The translations under genes were made by a program, and so were the position numbers. From assembly GCF_963921235.1 (NCBI RefSeq), contig NC_086099.1, positions 64,232,001 through 64,296,000 of the forward strand: DNA of 64,000 nt, read 5' to 3'. The stretch comes from Mobula hypostoma. Taxonomy: Eukaryota. Of this stretch, positions 23,295 to 36,819 are shown piece after piece; position 1 is the stretch's first letter, and every line of letters begins with the position of its first letter. The notes below the pieces were generated by a model. It was not told the origin of the DNA and did not search any database. It worked only from the letters and a program-made list of their open reading frames with translations.

Positions 23295-24430
23295 ACATTT
23301 GTCTTGAATGATTTGGTTGATGCTTTTGGAGGCTTGCTGCCAAGTTTGCAGACAATATGCAGATAGGTGGAAGTGCAGGTAGTTTTGAGGAAGTAGAGAG
23401 CAGGGGAAAAGAAAAAGGGTAAAGACTGAGGACGAAATGGACTGACAATATTGCAGACTGGATTGGAGAGAGCTTTGCCTCCACCCAGGCACTCGCCCAC
23501 AACCGTGACAGTTGGAGGCAACTGGTGTAGCACTCTTCTGTACAGTACTCCTACGACCCAGGGGAGTTGCAGGATCTGTACCGTAACTGTAACCATAGAG
23601 GGGCTACAGAAGGACTTAGACAGAATAAGAGAATGGACAAAGAAATGGAAGATGGAATACAGTGTTGAGAAGTGTATGGTCATGCACTTTGGTGGAAGAA
23701 ATAAAGGGTTGACTATTTTCTAAGTGGAGATAAAGTACAAAACAAAACAGAGGCGCAAAGGAGTGCTTGTGCAGGATTCCATAAAGGTTAATTTGAAGGT
23801 TGAATCTGTGGTGAGGAAGGCAAATACAATGTTAGCATTCATTTCAAGAAGACTAGAAGATAAAAGTAAGGATGTAATGTTGAAACTTTATAAGGCACTG
23901 GTGAGGTCTCACTTGGGGTATTATGAGCAATTTTTCTGCCTTTTAGCTTAGAAAGGATGTGTTGAAACTGGAGAAGGATTAGAAGAGGTTCACAAAAATG
24001 ATTCCAGGATTGAATGGCTTGTCATATGAAGAGTGTTTGATGGCTCTGGGCCTGTATTCACTGGAATACAGAAGAATGAGGGGTGACCTCATTGAAACTT
24101 ATCGAATGGTGAAAGGTCTTGATAAAATGGATGTGGAGAGGATGTTTTCTAAAGGGCTGTCCTTTTAGAATGGAGATGAGGAGGAATTTCTTTAGCCAGA
24201 GAGTGGTGAATCTGTGAAATTCTTCGCTACGGGCAGCTGTGGAGACCGTCTTTATGTATATTTAAGATAGAAGTTGATAGATTCTTGACTGGTCAAGGCA
24301 TGAAGGGATATGGGGAAAAGGCAGGAGATTGAGGCTGAGGGGAAGATTGAATCAGCTATGATGAAATGGCAGAGCAGACGCGATGGGCCATATAGCCTAA
24401 TTCTACTCTTATATGTCATGGTCTTATGAT
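23295..24430 (+). mobile_element. CR1 LINE 3' fragment, interrupted by an RTE tail
   Basis: KFADNMQIGG (degenerate FADD); LQKDLDRIREW..MEYSVEKCMVMHFG; LYKALVRSHL; CR1 3' terminus. Confidence 0.88.
23401..23595 (+). mobile_element. RTE-type LINE 3' end inserted in CR1
   Basis: RGKRKRVRLRTKWTDNIADWIGESFASTQALAHNRDSWRQLV* resembles an RTE C-terminus; GTAAC(C/T) tail repeats. Confidence 0.65.
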
Positions 24431-26059
24431 TGGTGTAAGTGAGCTAAGAGGGACCTGTGGATTAACCTACAGTGATAACTAAAGTAACGCATAGGTACAG
24501 CAGACAATGGTGTGATGGCCTTCATTGCGTGGATTTGAAGAGAGAGGAAATTGGGAATGCTCTATCTGGTAAATTGTTTGCAGATCTGTTTTCTCTATCT
24601 AAAGAGAGATTTACTTGCAACTGGTTGAGTGCAATGAAGATTCACCAGGTGTTGGCAGGGGAGGGTGTTGACTGGGGAGGGTGCAGATATTCCTATGAGG
24701 AGGCATGAAGCAAACCTACCCTATATACTTGATAGCTTAGAACAACGAGAGATGATCTCACTGAAACAAACAACATTCTTACAGCACCTGTCCCGGTAGA
24801 TGCAGGGATAATGATTTCCCTGGTTAGGGTGTCTATCACTTGAAATGTCTTCTCCTGAGCAGTTGTGATTCTTTGGAAATCTCTAACCAAGAAGGTTGAA
24901 GGGGCTCAGTCCCTGAATGGATCTGTTCAAAACACAAAATCAATAACTTTTTAAGTGTTAAGGGATTTGAGGGATATGGAGTTTGTGAATATTAGCCCTT
25001 AATTTTACTGGATAAGCAGAGAAAGACCATTCTTGCTTTTATTTATTGCCTCCTTAAGTTGAGGTTGAGAGAGTGCTTGTGAGTGACATTTGACTGGATT
25101 TCTTTCTGAGTTCAGTGCCTACTCACCAGGCAGTTTTCAACATCAACAGCTGGAAGTCAGTGCTGCTGCAGCCCGCCAATTGCTTGACCAGAATGCAGTT
25201 TGTTCTGCAGCTTAAGCCATCACTATTACATCTGAGGTGAGTCCTCAGCCTTTGCTAGAACCAGTGTTCTCAGCCATATCTTGACACCACATGTGGTGAC
25301 CAGAATTGCCTGAAAATATCTTACTGTGATGTTGTGGAGCACAGGAGGAGGTGACGATTGAGCATTTAATCAGGACTTTAGCACACAGTTTTTCATTTGT
25401 TTTTAGGTACATTGTTTCAGGTTCATTTTTATGACTGTCTTCTCCTGCTCCTAGAAGGCACCCCTACCCTTCTAGTTGAGCCTGACATGATACCGGAGAT
25501 TGATGGTAATAGTTGTGAATGACATACCATTACAATTTCATTTTTATTACACTGAAGGCTATGGTATTTGTTTCAATTTCAGACCCACACAATGGAAAGC
25601 AATTTCCTATTTTATGTTGGGATTGTTATCATTAATATAACAAGACCTTTGGAGATGTGAGGTCAAAGGGACTCACAATTTCTTAAATGCTGACTTCCTA
25701 CTGCCTTTTGGAGTCATAAGAGACTGCTGATGTGGGAAATAGAGCAGATACCAGATAAAATCTACCCCCATTACTTAGTTTCTCTCACTTTCCACACTTT
25801 GCTTCATCTGCTTATCACCCGAACATTTAACCAGCTCTGACTCTTATACCACCCTCCACTGTTCCAAGGTGCCCAGTGTTATTCCCACCCACACACACAC
25901 TTACCTGGTTCCTCCCTCCACCTTCCTTTCTTTCTGGTGGTCCAACTGAATCACAATTCATTAGCAAGAGCAAATAAAAAATAAGGTAGGGACAGACAGA
26001 GTGGCCATTGTTGCAATGTACCAGTTTTAGAGTGGGGAGGCTTTGGCTGAACAGGCTAG

Positions 26060-27130
26060 GTGAGGTAAGTTTCTAGTAAGTTTCTTCTTCATTCTTCAGG
26101 AAATATTCTAGCATGGATAAAGTAGTGGCTGATTGGAAGGAGGTAAAGAGTGGGAATAAAGGAAGCCTTTTCTGTTTGGCTGCCAGTGGTGTTCCATAGG
26201 AGTCTGTGTTGGCACTGCCTTTTTTTTTTATGTTATATGTCATTGATTTAATGATGGAATTGATTGCTTTGTTGCAAAGTTTGTGTACAATATGGAGATA
26301 AGTGGAGGAGCAGGTAGGGAGGGTACAGAAAGACAGACAGATTAGGAGAATGAGCAAAGAAGTGGCAGATGGAATACAGTGTCAGAAAGTGTATGGTTAT
26401 GCAATTTGGTAGAAGAAATAAAAGGATAGACTATTTTCTAAGTGGAGAGAGAATTCAAAAATCTGAGGTGCAAAGGAACTTGGGAGCCCTTGTGCAGGAT
26501 TCCCTAAAGGTTAATTTGCAGGAAGGAAAATGTGATGTTGGCAGTCATTTCAAGAGAACTAGAATATAAAATCAGGGATGTAATGCTGAGACTTTATAAA
26601 ATGTTGGTGAGGCTTCACTTGGAGTATTGTGAACAGTTTTGGGCCCCTTATCTTAGAAAAGCTGGAGAGAGTTCAAAGGAGGCTCATGAAAATTATTCCA
26701 GGATTGAACAGCTTGTCATATGAAGAACGTTTGATGGCTCTGGGCCTCCATACACTGGAATTCAGAAGAATGGGGGGGGGGTGACCAAATTTAATGCTAT
26801 CAAATGTTGAAAGACCTTAACAGAGTGGATGTGGAGAGAGCCTAGGACCAGAGGACACAACTTCAGAATAGAGGGGTGCCATTTTTGGAATGAAGATGAG
26901 GAGAAATTTCTTCAGCTAGAGAGTGTTGGATCTGTGGAATTCATTGCTAGAGTTGGCTGTGGAGGCCTGGTCATTGGGTATATTTATGGCAGTTGTTGAT
27001 AGGTTCTTGATTAGTCAGAGAATGAAGGGAGATTGGTACTAAGAGGGAAAATGGATCACCCATGATGAAATGGTGGAGCAGACCTGATGGGCTAAATGGC
27101 CTTATTCTTCTCCTATATCTAATGGTCTTA
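26060..27130 (+). mobile_element. CR1 LINE fragment with internal deletions
   Basis: SGVP*ESVL; MEYSVRKCMVMQFG; [23 protein letters not shown]; CR1 terminal motif. Confidence 0.88.
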
Positions 27131-27470
27131 TACTTATAGTAACAAGTCTGAAATTTAAAGTGTAAGAAATACAGAATATTTGCTAAGGTTTACATGATGG
27201 GCATAGATAGACAGTCAACAATTTTTATGATACATGTTATCTAGATGTTCAAAATTTTGATTGTGAATTATGATGGTAGTGTTTAGCTACCAAGATTGAA
27301 TTGTTTGATACTATGTATTATGCATCAGACAGGCTCAAAGTATATGGAAGATTAGAGGTGATATGCATTGCTTATTGAGCATACTAGACCACACGGACCA
27401 AACCAAGTTTGAACTGCAGGAAAATTAACCACGGTGGTTATTTAAAGAAATTCCTAATTATATGGTGACT

Positions 27471-27581
27471 CTTCCTTCGGTTCGTCCTGACGAAGGGTCT
27501 CGGCTTGAAACGTCGACTGCACCTCTTCCTACAGATGCTGCTTGGCCTGCTGCGTTCACCAGCAACTTTGATGTGTGTTGC
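27471..27581 (+). mobile_element. 111-bp hammerhead-bearing Penelope-derived insert
   Basis: Perfect 13-bp TSD TTATATGGTGACT (27458-27470 and 27582-27594); homologous to the Penelope terminus. Confidence 0.85.
27484..27517 (+). ncRNA. Minimal type I hammerhead ribozyme motif
   Basis: GTC-CTGACGA-AGGGTCTCGGCTT-GAAA-C-GTC^GAC; GUC cleavage triplet; palindromic ACGT in place of helix III. Confidence 0.75.
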
Positions 27582-28989
27582 TTATATGGTGACTTCTGTT
27601 TTTGGGCAGTACTCACTGTCCAGATGGTGCTAAGCTAAAGGATTACAGATTTTTTTTTCTCAGTAATAGGGGGGTCTTCTGAACACTTGGTTGAAAGTAA
27701 TTGCATTCATAGTGGTGCGGTGAACCTCTAGCATGGCCATCAACAGAAAAACCAGTTTGCTGGAAGACCAAAAGGTGAGAGTGAGAAGGTTTTTGGTTAG
27801 GAGGAACTTCCCCAACAATCTCAGATTCCTAAAACAAGTGGTTAAGTAACACCTTTATCCAGTGACAGAACCATGTGTAGACACCTCTGCCAGATGAGGG
27901 CAAAGTCAGAGTGCTCCTGACCCCCTTATCCTCTGTCCCTAAGTACTTGCAGCCCACTGCTGCTGCAGGCTCTCTGATCAAGGAAAGAGAAATTCATCTC
28001 CTCCGTACAGTATGTGGAGTTCAGCAGAGATGCTGGCATATGGATAAAACCAGATTGTGTAGCTCTTGGCGCACGAGATGCCTGAAATCATTCCAATAGG
28101 TTATAATAATGTTAACAATCTTGTGATTGGTGCCTTCTAAACGCACAAATCACTACACAAGATACACAGATGAATATTTTATGTAGATGTCAGTGCAACA
28201 GTGCAAACTGACATAGATTCTCAGGCATCACTACTTTAGCACTTAGTATGTTGCCGACAAAATATTTAAAGCAGAAGGTCTCATTTTCTTTTCTGTTCAG
28301 AAATGCCTTAAGTATATGGATGGCATGACTGAATATCTTAGTGAGGATCTACTGTTGCATCCCTGCAAAGCAGAAATGTTGTACTATAGGGATTGTTCCT
28401 TTTAAGGTTACTCTGATACAAATTTTTGGAAATAAGTAGTGGAAAATTTAGTCTGCAGCTTGTTGTAGGACATCCAGTTGGGAATGCTTGATTTCAACAT
28501 CATGTATCAGTTCTTTGATCTGCAGTGACAATGCAGAGCCTTTTGCAGAGAAGAGGGGAAACAAGTTGAGTTCAACTTCCTCTCAAAATATGATGAAAAT
28601 ATTCTTTTTTAATGGGAGAGGTATAATAAGATTCCACCAATAACTCATGTGGGTAACATAAAAAGTCTGTTTAAAATTTAATAATGGAAGTTACCATTCT
28701 ATATCAGTTATGGAAAGATATTTGCTTTGCAATTGGTTGTAAGCAGAGAATTATTTTAATATATCCCCATCAAATACTTCCATTATTTTTTATTGTTCTA
28801 TTGCTAAAGTATATATTTATTTATTTAGTTGAAATTCAATTATCTTGTTGTCTAAATATACTCTATTCTTTATTATCGAGTGTTCCCAGTTTCATTCTTG
28901 GCTTACATCCTGGCTTTCTCCTGAGATCTCCACCATTGCAAAGGCCAATCTTCAGACGATTTAATACATTCCACATGATAGCAAGATAT

Positions 28990-29960
28990 GGCTGATAACA
29001 CTAGATGCAGCAAAGACTGTGGAGGCAGGCAAGATATCAGCTATAAACCATTTATCAGAACTAGCACACCTCTATCTAAGCTTTTTCAGTACAGTTACAA
29101 CAAAGGCACCTTCACAACAATGTGGAAAAGTGCCCAAGTCTGCCCCGTTTACAAAGCAGGACAAATCTGTTCTGGCAAATTGACACCCAAGCAATAGACT
29201 CTAAATCATCAGCAAAGTGATGGAAGGTATCATAGTTAATGCAGTGTTTACTCACCAACAACCTTCTCAACTTTGTTCATTATGGATTTTGCTGGGACCC
29301 TTCAGATACTGACTTCATCATTGCTATAGCCAAAGAGCTCACTACTAGAGGTGAAGCATCACACCACCAGGTTCAGGAACATCTACTTATCTATAAACAT
29401 CAGTTTCTTGAATTGCCATGCACAATTCATAACTCAATATGGGCCACCACTTGCACCACTGTGTCTTGTCTCTGATTGGTGTTTGATTGCTCTGCATTGA
29501 GGTTTTCTTTTTGCAGTCTTTTACTCACTCACTCTCTTTACTAACCTTGTGTAATTTATGTATGACTTATATATAATTTATCTTTTTTTTGTGTTGGCTG
29601 TACCTATGTGTCTCTGATGATGCAGCAAGCAAGTTTTTCATTGTACCTGTACCTCACCATACGTGTGCACATGACTATAAATTGACCGAACTTAACTTGA
29701 GAGTAATGGGCTTGATATCAAGACATCAATTGACCAAGAGGTATAAAATAACTCTGGTAAAACTGATCTCAATGGACATAAAGGCGACACACTCCAATGT
29801 CTCAGGTTATTATCTCATACAAGGAAAGACGGTTATAAAATTCAGTGATCCAAGACCCAGAATATTACTGCTGGAGACCCTCAAGATAGTATCCCAGGCC
29901 CAGTCATCTTCATCTGCTTCATCAATTACTTTTGTTCCATAATGATGTCAGTGAAGGAAA
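28990..29960 (+). mobile_element. Old CR1-group RT fragment with a nested Rex1-like tail (about 29355-29700)
   Basis: PLSKLFQYSYNKGTFTTMWKSAQVCPVYK; same family as 22380-23060. Confidence 0.65.
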
Positions 29961-30297
29961 TTTTCACTGATAATTGCATTGTGCTCAATTCCGGCTACTC
30001 AGCTAAATGAAGAACCCATGCCTACATGCAATGTGATATTTTATAGTTCTATATCAGTAGTTTTATTATAGTTGTTTTATTTTGTTTAGCATTTAATTGG
30101 ACCAGCAAAAACTTTATTTGCTTCTTGAAGTTGCACTCACTAGTCTCAAATCTTCAAGTCTCACATACAGTAATGTCCGTTCTCCAATCAACAGCCATTG
30201 GCATTTATCGTACCTAAATTACATCCTTGACACTAACTATTCACAAGTATGTAGCACTACAGTTATCTCTAATTGTGTTGGCTCTTCCTGCATCATA

Positions 30298-30855
30298 CAC
30301 TCAGTGGCCACTTTATTAGGTACACCTGTATACCCACACATTAATGCAAATATCTAATTGACTAATCATGTAGCAGCAGCTCAATGCATAAAACCATGCA
30401 GACATGGTCAAAAGGTTCAGTTTTTGTTCAGACCAAACATCAGAATGGGGAAGAAATGTGATCTATGAGACTTTAACCATAGAATGAATGTTGGTGCCAG
30501 ACTGGGTGGTTTGTGTATCTCAGGAACTGCTGATCCTCTGGGATTTTCATGCACAACAGTCTCTAGAGTTTACAGAGAACAACAAAATATTCCTTGAGTG
30601 GAATTCTGTGGGGGGAAAAACACCTTTTTAATCAGCGAGGTCAGAGGAGAATGGCCAGACTGGTTCAAGCTGACAATTAGGTGACAGTAAATCGAATACC
30701 ATGCATTAAAACAGTGGTGTGCAGAAGAGCATCACTGAATGCACAATATGTCGCACCTTGAAGAGGATGGGCTTCAGCAGCAGAAGACCACGAGCATACA
30801 CTCAGTGGCCACTTTATTAGATATAGGAGGTACATTATAAAGTGGCAACTGAGTG
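30298..30855 (+). mobile_element. Non-autonomous Tc1 derivative with three TIR copies
   Basis: CACTCAGTGGCCACTTTATTAG at 30298 and 30799, inverted copy ending at 30855; transposase N-terminal remnant MGKKCDL..GAR..ISGTADPLGFSCTTVSRVYRE. Confidence 0.85.
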
Positions 30856-31429
30856 GGTAGTTGTTTATGCCTGTTTCCTCTGGTCCTTAAACCCAATATT
30901 ATTTTATCAAAAAGGTTGTTGGTAATTTTTTTAAAGTTTACTCGGACCATTAATTAAGGTGAAAATCAGCAGTGGTCTAAAAAGCAATCAGTTCGGAGCT
31001 CCCTTGATACCCTTGGATTCCATCAGCAGAGCAGATGGAGTCAACTTGGATCTCTCTCAAAATGTTACTGTTTAGGTCAAAACCTTACTGCCCTTTTCTC
31101 ATATTCAAATGCTTTTTTAATGTGAGCCTTCAGTTACATCCATTTTAATATTCCTCAACATCTGTTTTTGTATGAGGAATAAAAGCACAAAGTGTATGTT
31201 CTTGTTGTTGCAGAAGCCAGCATTATTTTAATGCCTTGTAAAACATGGCTGTTTCTGACTTCAATTTCTACTGATTCTCATTGTAATGATCCAAAGAAAA
31301 AAGCTCTTCAATCAAAGCCTTCTACTTTTGAATTACTTTATTAATTTCATCATTTTCCTCCCACTTCTCCAGTGGCATATTTTCTTGATGTTTGAATATC
31401 ACCTCAGGGGTGTTCAAAATTAAAATTTA

Positions 31430-31760
31430 CAAAATGCTTACAGGGGGCTCATCAAAGTGGATTTGGAGATGATGTTTCCTCAGCTCAATAGCCAAGAGCA
31501 AGGGCTCACAGTCTCAGAATAAGGAATAAGCACTTTAGGAATGAAAGGAAAAGAAATATCTTGACTCAGAAATTGGTGAATCCTTGGAATTCTCCATCTT
31601 GGGGGCTGTGAAGACTCAGTTATTTTAACCAGAGATTGTTAGATGCCTGGATATTCAGGGAATTGAGATATCGGAAAGGGTAGGACAAAGTAACTAAAAT
31701 AGGCCATACATGATCTTGACAAATAAACAGATTATTGTCTGCTTCAAACTCTTATAGTTT
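31430..31760 (+). mobile_element. Old CR1 3' fragment
   Basis: MFP..RAHSLRI..F..RLVNPWNS-like remnant. Confidence 0.6.
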
Positions 31761-31784
31761 CAAAACCATATAGGAAACTATATT

Positions 31785-32091
31785 GCGGTGGCACAGTAGC
31801 GTAGTGGTTAGCACAGTGCTTTACTGTATCATTGACCCAGGTTCATTACCCACCACTGCCTGTAATGAGTTTGTACATTCTCCCCGTGAATGCGTGGGTT
31901 TCCTCTGGGTACTCAGATTTCCTCCCACGGACCAAAGACGTACCAGTCAGTGGGTTTATTGGTCATTGTAATTTGTCCTGTAATTAGGCTAGGATGAAAT
32001 CTAAGGATGTTGAGTGGTGTGCTTCCAGAGCTGGAAGAGCCTATTCCACATTGTATCTCAATAAATTAGCTAAATAAATAAATAAATAAAT
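31785..32091 (+). mobile_element. V-SINE (HE1-like)
   Basis: TAGCGTAGTGG A box; TGCGTGGGTTTCCTCTGGGTACTCAGATTTCCTCCCAC V-domain; (TAAA)n tail. Confidence 0.85.
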
Positions 32092-33321
32092 GTATCACCA
32101 TAATAAACAGTTGTTTATTCTTCCTGAAGAAGGTTCTCAGCCCGAATTGTCAACTGTTAATTCTTGCTTTCCTTGTTTCAAATTTCATTTTATCTTTCAT
32201 TAATCTCCAGAGTCTGAATCAAAAGTCTAATATATATTGTATATATAATTCCTTAGCACAGGTCTGATGAAATTACAACAATGTCAATCTGTAATTCCAA
32301 ATAATAAATTAGTAAGATCGCCACACTACATGGTTTATGCTTATTTTGTTGGTTCTGTAAGAATTCTGGGTTCTTACAATTGTAAACTCAGTAGTTAACT
32401 GCCTGATGAATAAGTTACTTAACTGTAGAGTAAGACTTAGCTATTTTTTATGGATAATATTTAGATATCACTGCCAAATTTTTTGGCTGGTATAGAGAGA
32501 AAGACTGTGGGGTTCAGTACAAAGCTGCATCTGAGTCATATTGAGATCATTGGAATAAAAAAAATGAACAATGGCTTTGCTGGTTAACTGTGCTGCCTAT
32601 TCAGTAGAGCAAATTAAAACCATGCCCATCATTACCCTGCCAGTTCCAGAGGTGGGGGAGGTGATGATTGAAGGAACTATTTGTGTCTTCTTCGCTTGGT
32701 GATAAAGGTTAAAAACTCCCTATTGGTTCTTTAAGAATTAATGCTGCCAGTGTTTAAGGTCTGGGCAGTAATGTACCAACAGGAAAAGTCAATAGCCAAT
32801 TTACAATAATTGGAAATCTGTCCTGATAATGAAGATGATTTTCAATGTTATAAGTCATCACAATACTATTGTTTTAGTTTGGAAAAGATATTACTGGAAC
32901 TATACTTGGGGCACACAATGATTTTATTGAAACCAGGAGTAACAAATCATAAAATTATCACTTTATTATGAAACAAATATTGAACAACAAATCAAACATA
33001 TACTTCATTATCAAATGACTCTTCCATGTCACATGAACTTTGCCATTTGGATATTTACCTTGTAACAATATCTGGCTCTTTATTTTCTAATTCCCATTAC
33101 ATTTGGATTTTAGTTTACATAAGAACACAAGAGCATCTGTTGTTGGAACTTGATCTAGAAAATATTCCAAACTGTCATAACCACCATCTGGTACTCCTTA
33201 TTCATACCTTGTTGCAAGATTTAATTCTTTATAAATAAATGAGTTATTGAAACAGAAAGTGAGATGAATGCAGTCGCTTCAGAGGGTGATTAAATGGTCA
33301 ATCTTTCCACTGAATTAAATG

Positions 33322-33880
33322 CACTCAGATGCCACTTTATTAAGTACTTCCTGTACCTAATAAAGTGGCCATTGACTGAATGTGTGAGGTCTTCTGCTGC
33401 TGTAGACCATCCACTTCAAGGTTCATTGTGTTGTGCATTTAGAGATGCTCTTCTGCACACCATCTGTTGTAATGCTGTCTGTCACCTTCCTGTCAGTTTG
33501 AACCAGTCTGGCCATTCTCCTTTGATCTTTCTAATTAACAAGGCATTTTCACCCACAGAAGTGCTGCTCACTGGATGTTTTCTTTTGGTTTTTGCACCAT
33601 CCTCTGTAAACTCTCAAGACTGTTGTATGTGAAAATCCCAAGAGATCAGCAGTTTCCGAGATACACAACCACCCTGTCTGGCACCAACTATCATTCTGTC
33701 GTTAAAGTTACTTAGATCAAAGTTCTCCCCCATTCTGATGCTTCATCTGACCAACAACTGAACCTCTTGACAATTTCTGCATGGTTTTATCCATTGAGTT
33801 GCTCCCACTTGATTGGCCGATAAGATATTTGTAATAATGAGCAAGTGTGCAGCCGTACCTAATAAAATAGCCACTGAGTG
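33322..33880 (-). mobile_element. Second copy of the three-TIR Tc1 derivative
   Basis: Reverse complement of 30298-30855, including the internal TIR; ends CCACTGAGTG|TA. Confidence 0.85.
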
Positions 33881-34005
33881 TATTAAACAATTTATTTAAA
33901 TAGATAAATATGCTTTCTAATTAAATCAACAATTTCCAATAACAATTACCATAAATGTTGCAATCAGAACAATGTTTTATGCTTTGCAGGAACATTCCTC
34001 TAATC

Positions 34006-34084
34006 CAAGGGTTTCCAACTGGGGTACATGGACTCCTTGATTAATAATAGGGGTCAATGGTATTGAAAAGGTTTGGACCCTCTG
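34006..34084. mobile_element. Second hAT MITE copy, reverse orientation and more decayed
   Basis: Similar to the reverse complement of 7688-7767; TSD CTCTAATC / CTCTATTT. Confidence 0.7.
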
Positions 34085-34455
34085 CTCTATTTTACAATTT
34101 AATAAACTCAATGCCTGTATTAAAATAATGAACAGAACCAATATCCTCACTTGAATTATTCTTGACTCACATTAGAATGACCAGTCACCCTATGGAAATA
34201 CATTTAAAACCCATTCAGTGTTACATATAACTTCCATATTGCTTTTAATGCACTGGGAAATAAGTTTACAAATTTAACCTTTTTTCTCTTTCTATGCAAT
34301 TTTTGATGAATTAAAATAGTTCTGTTAGGAAAAAAACATGTGGGGGTGAGCTAGGGGCTGACAGGAATGAATATCTATGTTTATATTGATTATAATACCA
34401 TGGAGGGAATGAAGTCATTAGATTTTGATGAAGATGATATTTCACTTTATCAATA

Positions 34456-35265
34456 CAGTGGATTCTGGTTAATTGGGATACATTGGGACCAGTACATTTT
34501 GGTGCAATTAAGCAGTTGCACTAATTAACTGAAATTTCATGAAAATGGTTAAAAAGTATAAAAAAGACAAACTACCATTTAACTGAGTAAAAATGTATGC
34601 ATTTAAATAAAATGCAGAATGAATTAGAACATTATTAATATTATTACAAAACTATAAAACTGTATATTAGTTCCTAATGGTTATCAATGGAGGAATTCTT
34701 CTGTTTTGTTCTTTTGGTTGATTGTAAATGAACAAAATTAGCACTGACCACCTAGTGCAGATAGTGGACTTTCTTTATACAATGCCATCAACAATTGCAT
34801 CCTCCAAATCTTCATTTTCATTGTAACATTCAAAATTATTATTGATATCTTGAACTTCTTCATAGTTCCTAATTTGCTGAAGTTGTTTCATTTTCACTCC
34901 CAGCTGTTTCTGGCATCTCTAAGCCTGAATGCATGAAACTGCTTACTGAAACTCTTTTACTGCAGATTTCTTGCTAACTTTCAGTGACACAGATCACTGC
35001 TTTTTGAACACAAACACATGCAACTGACACTATTTAAAAACTGTTCCCTCTAAGCATGGCATAGAGCAGTGGCTAAAGGCCACACGTGTCTAACACTAGT
35101 TAGAAACTGTTCACAACAGTCTCCTGTCCCAATTAAGGGACATAGGGTTCCTAAAAAATGAAGGGAATCTTGGCTATTTTCTTGATTTGTTCCTTTACAT
35201 TAAGAGTTGTCCCAATTAAGCAGCTGCCCTGATTAACTAATAGCTCAATTGAACAGAATCCACTG
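34456..35265. mobile_element. Tigger/pogo-like non-autonomous DNA transposon
   Basis: TA|CAGTGGATTCTGGTTAATTG ... CAATTGAACAGAATCCACTG|TA; subterminal CCCAATTAA repeats. Confidence 0.82.
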
Positions 35266-36819
35266 TATTAAGTTGTCTTAGTCAATTATATAATAGAATA
35301 AATTTAAATACTTTGTAGGAATTCCACTATCATGAGCAAAATATGAAGACTAGCAGTCTACTAATTAGATGATAAACTATGCACATGGTTTGATGATTGA
35401 AAACCACAAATTTAGCAAGTGCCATTAAAACATGGGAAAGTTTCTGGAACACTTCTGAACATCACCGCTTCAAAATTTTACATGTGAACTTGCTACTTTG
35501 GGGATATGGCCATTTAGGTATTATTAAATTAAAAGTACCTTAAAGAAACATGACTCTGTTAAGGACAGCAATTCAAAATTTATGTACAAATGATGCAAAA
35601 ATAACTGAAATTAACTTTTTTAGGGTCACTTAGGAATGAGCTCATAAATTTTGGAAGCTGACAGGTAAAACATTGCAGATACTTCTGAGATCTTGATATT
35701 TAAATATCAGTAATATGTAACCTCTTGTTAACAATTTATGACTGTTAAGATGTTAGGTTCTTGTGCTTGGTAAGCATCACAAAAAAGAGTGCAACAACAT
35801 CACAATGGGTTTTCTTTAAGCAACGTTACTACTTTTGCAGAAGCTTATTCAAACCTTTACATTGAATCTGTTTAGGAATTAGTTAGTATTAAAGCACAGT
35901 GAAACATGCCAAATTCAATTATATGAAAAAAGATGGAGGGATAAGACTAAATGTTAAAGGCTAATAAAGAGGATGTCAATAATCCCTTGTAGAGATTCGT
36001 ACAGCCTGCTCAAATACAGCAGCTCAAGGAATTCAAAACTTACAGCCTTTTCTAATGAAAGGTCATAACATAAAAATGTAAATCTGTTTCATTCTCCACT
36101 GATATTTCCTGACCTGCTGAGTATTTCCAGCATTTTTCTGACTTCAGATTAATAGCATCTTCAATTATTTTATTTCATATTATTAACAAATTTAAAACAT
36201 CTACTAACATCCCTACTCCTATGACTCTTTTCTTGCACAAATCTCAAAGCCTTCTCAAGTATGTGACATCTTATTCATAATTCCTCCGATTGATCAGGTA
36301 CCTGGAACTGTCATAAAGTCAAGAAACATTTTACATAACTAGACAAAAAAAAAATCTACCCCATTTGGTCCTTCCAAACTATGTGTAGTCTTTGACATAG
36401 GCTGATCACACAACCCTCTATCAACCGTTCTCCACCATTTTCTATCTAGGATGGTACTTCACAAACCTGCTTCTGCCCAAATCTATCTAGTTATCACCTA
36501 TGAATCACTAGAAATACCTTCTCGTGCTGTGCTCTTAATCTTAGTTCTAGTGTCCCTTGGACGCTTGCTTCCTCTCATATCTATGTTGCATTAACAAAAA
36601 CATGGCTTCTGTTTTTCAATGCATACTGAAGACACCCAATCTTTCCTTACCATTACCTTCTCTATTGCTCTACATCATTTCCAGGACATTCAGGATTAGT
36701 TGAGTAGGAATATCCTGCAATTAAACATTATGAATACAGTATTCTTTAATCACCATCTCAAACTTGATCCCAAATCAATAACTCCATCCTTCTCTCTGAC
36801 ATGTATATGAATCTGAATC

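Noticed and set aside
27660-28090. Possible very old Gypsy integrase tail
   Set aside because: Only a faint GEK.LVR-like hint; not enough support.
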